From Chiloscyllium plagiosum (Eukaryota), in the NCBI RefSeq assembly GCF_004010195.1, contig NC_057718.1, forward strand, positions 27,323,477-27,359,611: 36,135 bases of DNA, written 5' to 3'. The notes below the pieces were generated by a model. It had not been told where the DNA came from. It did not search any database and saw only the letters and a program-made list of their open reading frames with translations. Shown here one piece after another: positions 35,125 to 36,135 of the stretch (positions are counted from its first letter, which is position 1; every line of letters starts with the position of its first letter). The translations under genes and the position numbers were made by a program.

Positions 35125-35413
35125 GCGAGCACCAAATCACCCAGACCCATTCCCCTCCCCTATTAGCCCTATATTCACCCCTGACCAGTGCACCTAACCT
35201 ACACATCACTGAATACTATGGACAACTTAGCACAGCCAATTCACCTAACCTGCACATCTTTGGATTGTGAGAAGAAACCAAAGCACCCAGAGGAAACCCA
35301 CGCAGACACAGGGAAAATGTGCAAACTCCACACACACAGTCACCCAAGGCTGGCATTAAACCCGGGTCTCTGGCACTGTGAGGCAGTAGTGCTAACCACA
35401 GTGCCACCGTGTC
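35125..35413 (-). mobile_element. HE1-type V-SINE
   Basis: Minus strand cacggtggcactgtggttagcactactgcctcacagtgccagagacccggg...gtttgcacattttccc...ccaaagatgtgcaggttagg, homologous to 7014-7308. Confidence 0.9.
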
Positions 35414-35649
35414 TGCTCCCTGAGACTCTTCTAACCCAACTGATGACCACCCAACTTCCTTTATTCCTCCGAATGCTACATGGCAATGTAAGTAATTCCC
35501 CCTCCTCTGTGACTCTCACCCACTGTCATCAGGCTTTTGTTTAATAAAGCCACTCACTATGCCAGCGTTGTTGCTATCTATCACCGACTGCTGATCTTCA
35601 ACACCATTGCCTCAGTTTTCTTAGAGCCTCAATCATTATCCTGGCACCA

Positions 35650-35952
35650 CAGAATCATAGAGTTACAGAGGTATACAGCCCAGAAACAGATCCTTAGGCC
35701 CAACTACTCCATGCCAAACAGGTTTTCTAAACTGAACTAGTCCCATTTGCCTGCATTTGGCTCACATCTCGAAACCTTTCTAATCTATGAACCTGTCCAA
35801 ATGTCTTTTAAATGTTGTAATTGTACCTGCCTCCACCACTTCCTCTGACAGCTCGTTCATATATGCACCGCTTTCTGTGTGAAAAAGTTGATCCCTGGGT
35901 CCCTTTTAAATCTTTCACCTCCCACTTTAAACGTATACCCTCTAGTTTTAGA
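35650..35952 (-). mobile_element. CR1 3' end, interrupted by a Penelope element
   Basis: Reverse complement of the CR1 tail and of the aggtacaattacaacatttaaaagacatttggac region. Confidence 0.85.
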
Positions 35953-35955
35953 TTG

Positions 35956-36135
35956 GGTAAAAACAATGACTGCAGATGCTGGAAACCAGATTCTGGACTA
36001 GTGGCGCTGGAAGAGCACAGCAGTTCAGGCAGTATCCAAGGAACAGCGAAATCGACGTCTCGGGCAAAAGCCCTTCATCAGGAATAAAGGCAGACAGCCT
36101 GAAGCGTGGAGAGATAAGCTAGAGGAGGGGGGGGG
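35956..36135 (-). mobile_element. Penelope pLTR with tail, same family as 31418-34134; runs off the window
   Basis: ggtaaaaacaatgactgcagatgctggaaaccagattctgg matches the reverse complement of 34093-34133 with one mismatch. The hammerhead core has GAAA>GAGA. Confidence 0.9.

Noticed and set aside
20093..36135. Next receptor exon (~75 bp LRR, exon 3)
   Set aside because: I found no AG...GT-bounded LRR-coding segment by eye. It probably lies beyond the window, but I may have missed it.

Overview
Repeat-rich, AT-rich vertebrate intronic DNA. The repeat content (HE1-type V-SINEs, SacSINE/Deu-SINE, CR1, L2, Tx1, Penelope and Harbinger fossils) points to a cartilaginous fish. I found only one host exon: 72 bp, phase 2/2, on the + strand at 20021-20092. 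It encodes a leucine-rich repeat (xRFTHLPLKTIQSYSFEGLSNIIRI) of a glycoprotein-hormone receptor, most likely lhcgr exon 2, so the window would lie in introns 1 and 2. Nearly all listed ORFs are transposon debris or chance ORFs. The most notable structure is a set of Penelope-like element (PLE) insertions. Two are larger, with an inverted 5' arm (1831-3562, 31418-34134). At least five are short (~185-255 bp) palindromes built only from two head-to-head pseudo-LTR ends; these have 16-17 bp target-site duplications, a one-sided tail usually ~35 nt long, and minimal type I hammerhead-ribozyme motifs at the symmetry centre. One copy has three hammerhead motifs. A separate 70-bp inverted templated copy (9489-9558 vs 10891-10960) sits inside a CR1 fossil. 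Two N gaps fall inside the large PLEs. All family assignments come from reading motifs by eye; no searches were run.
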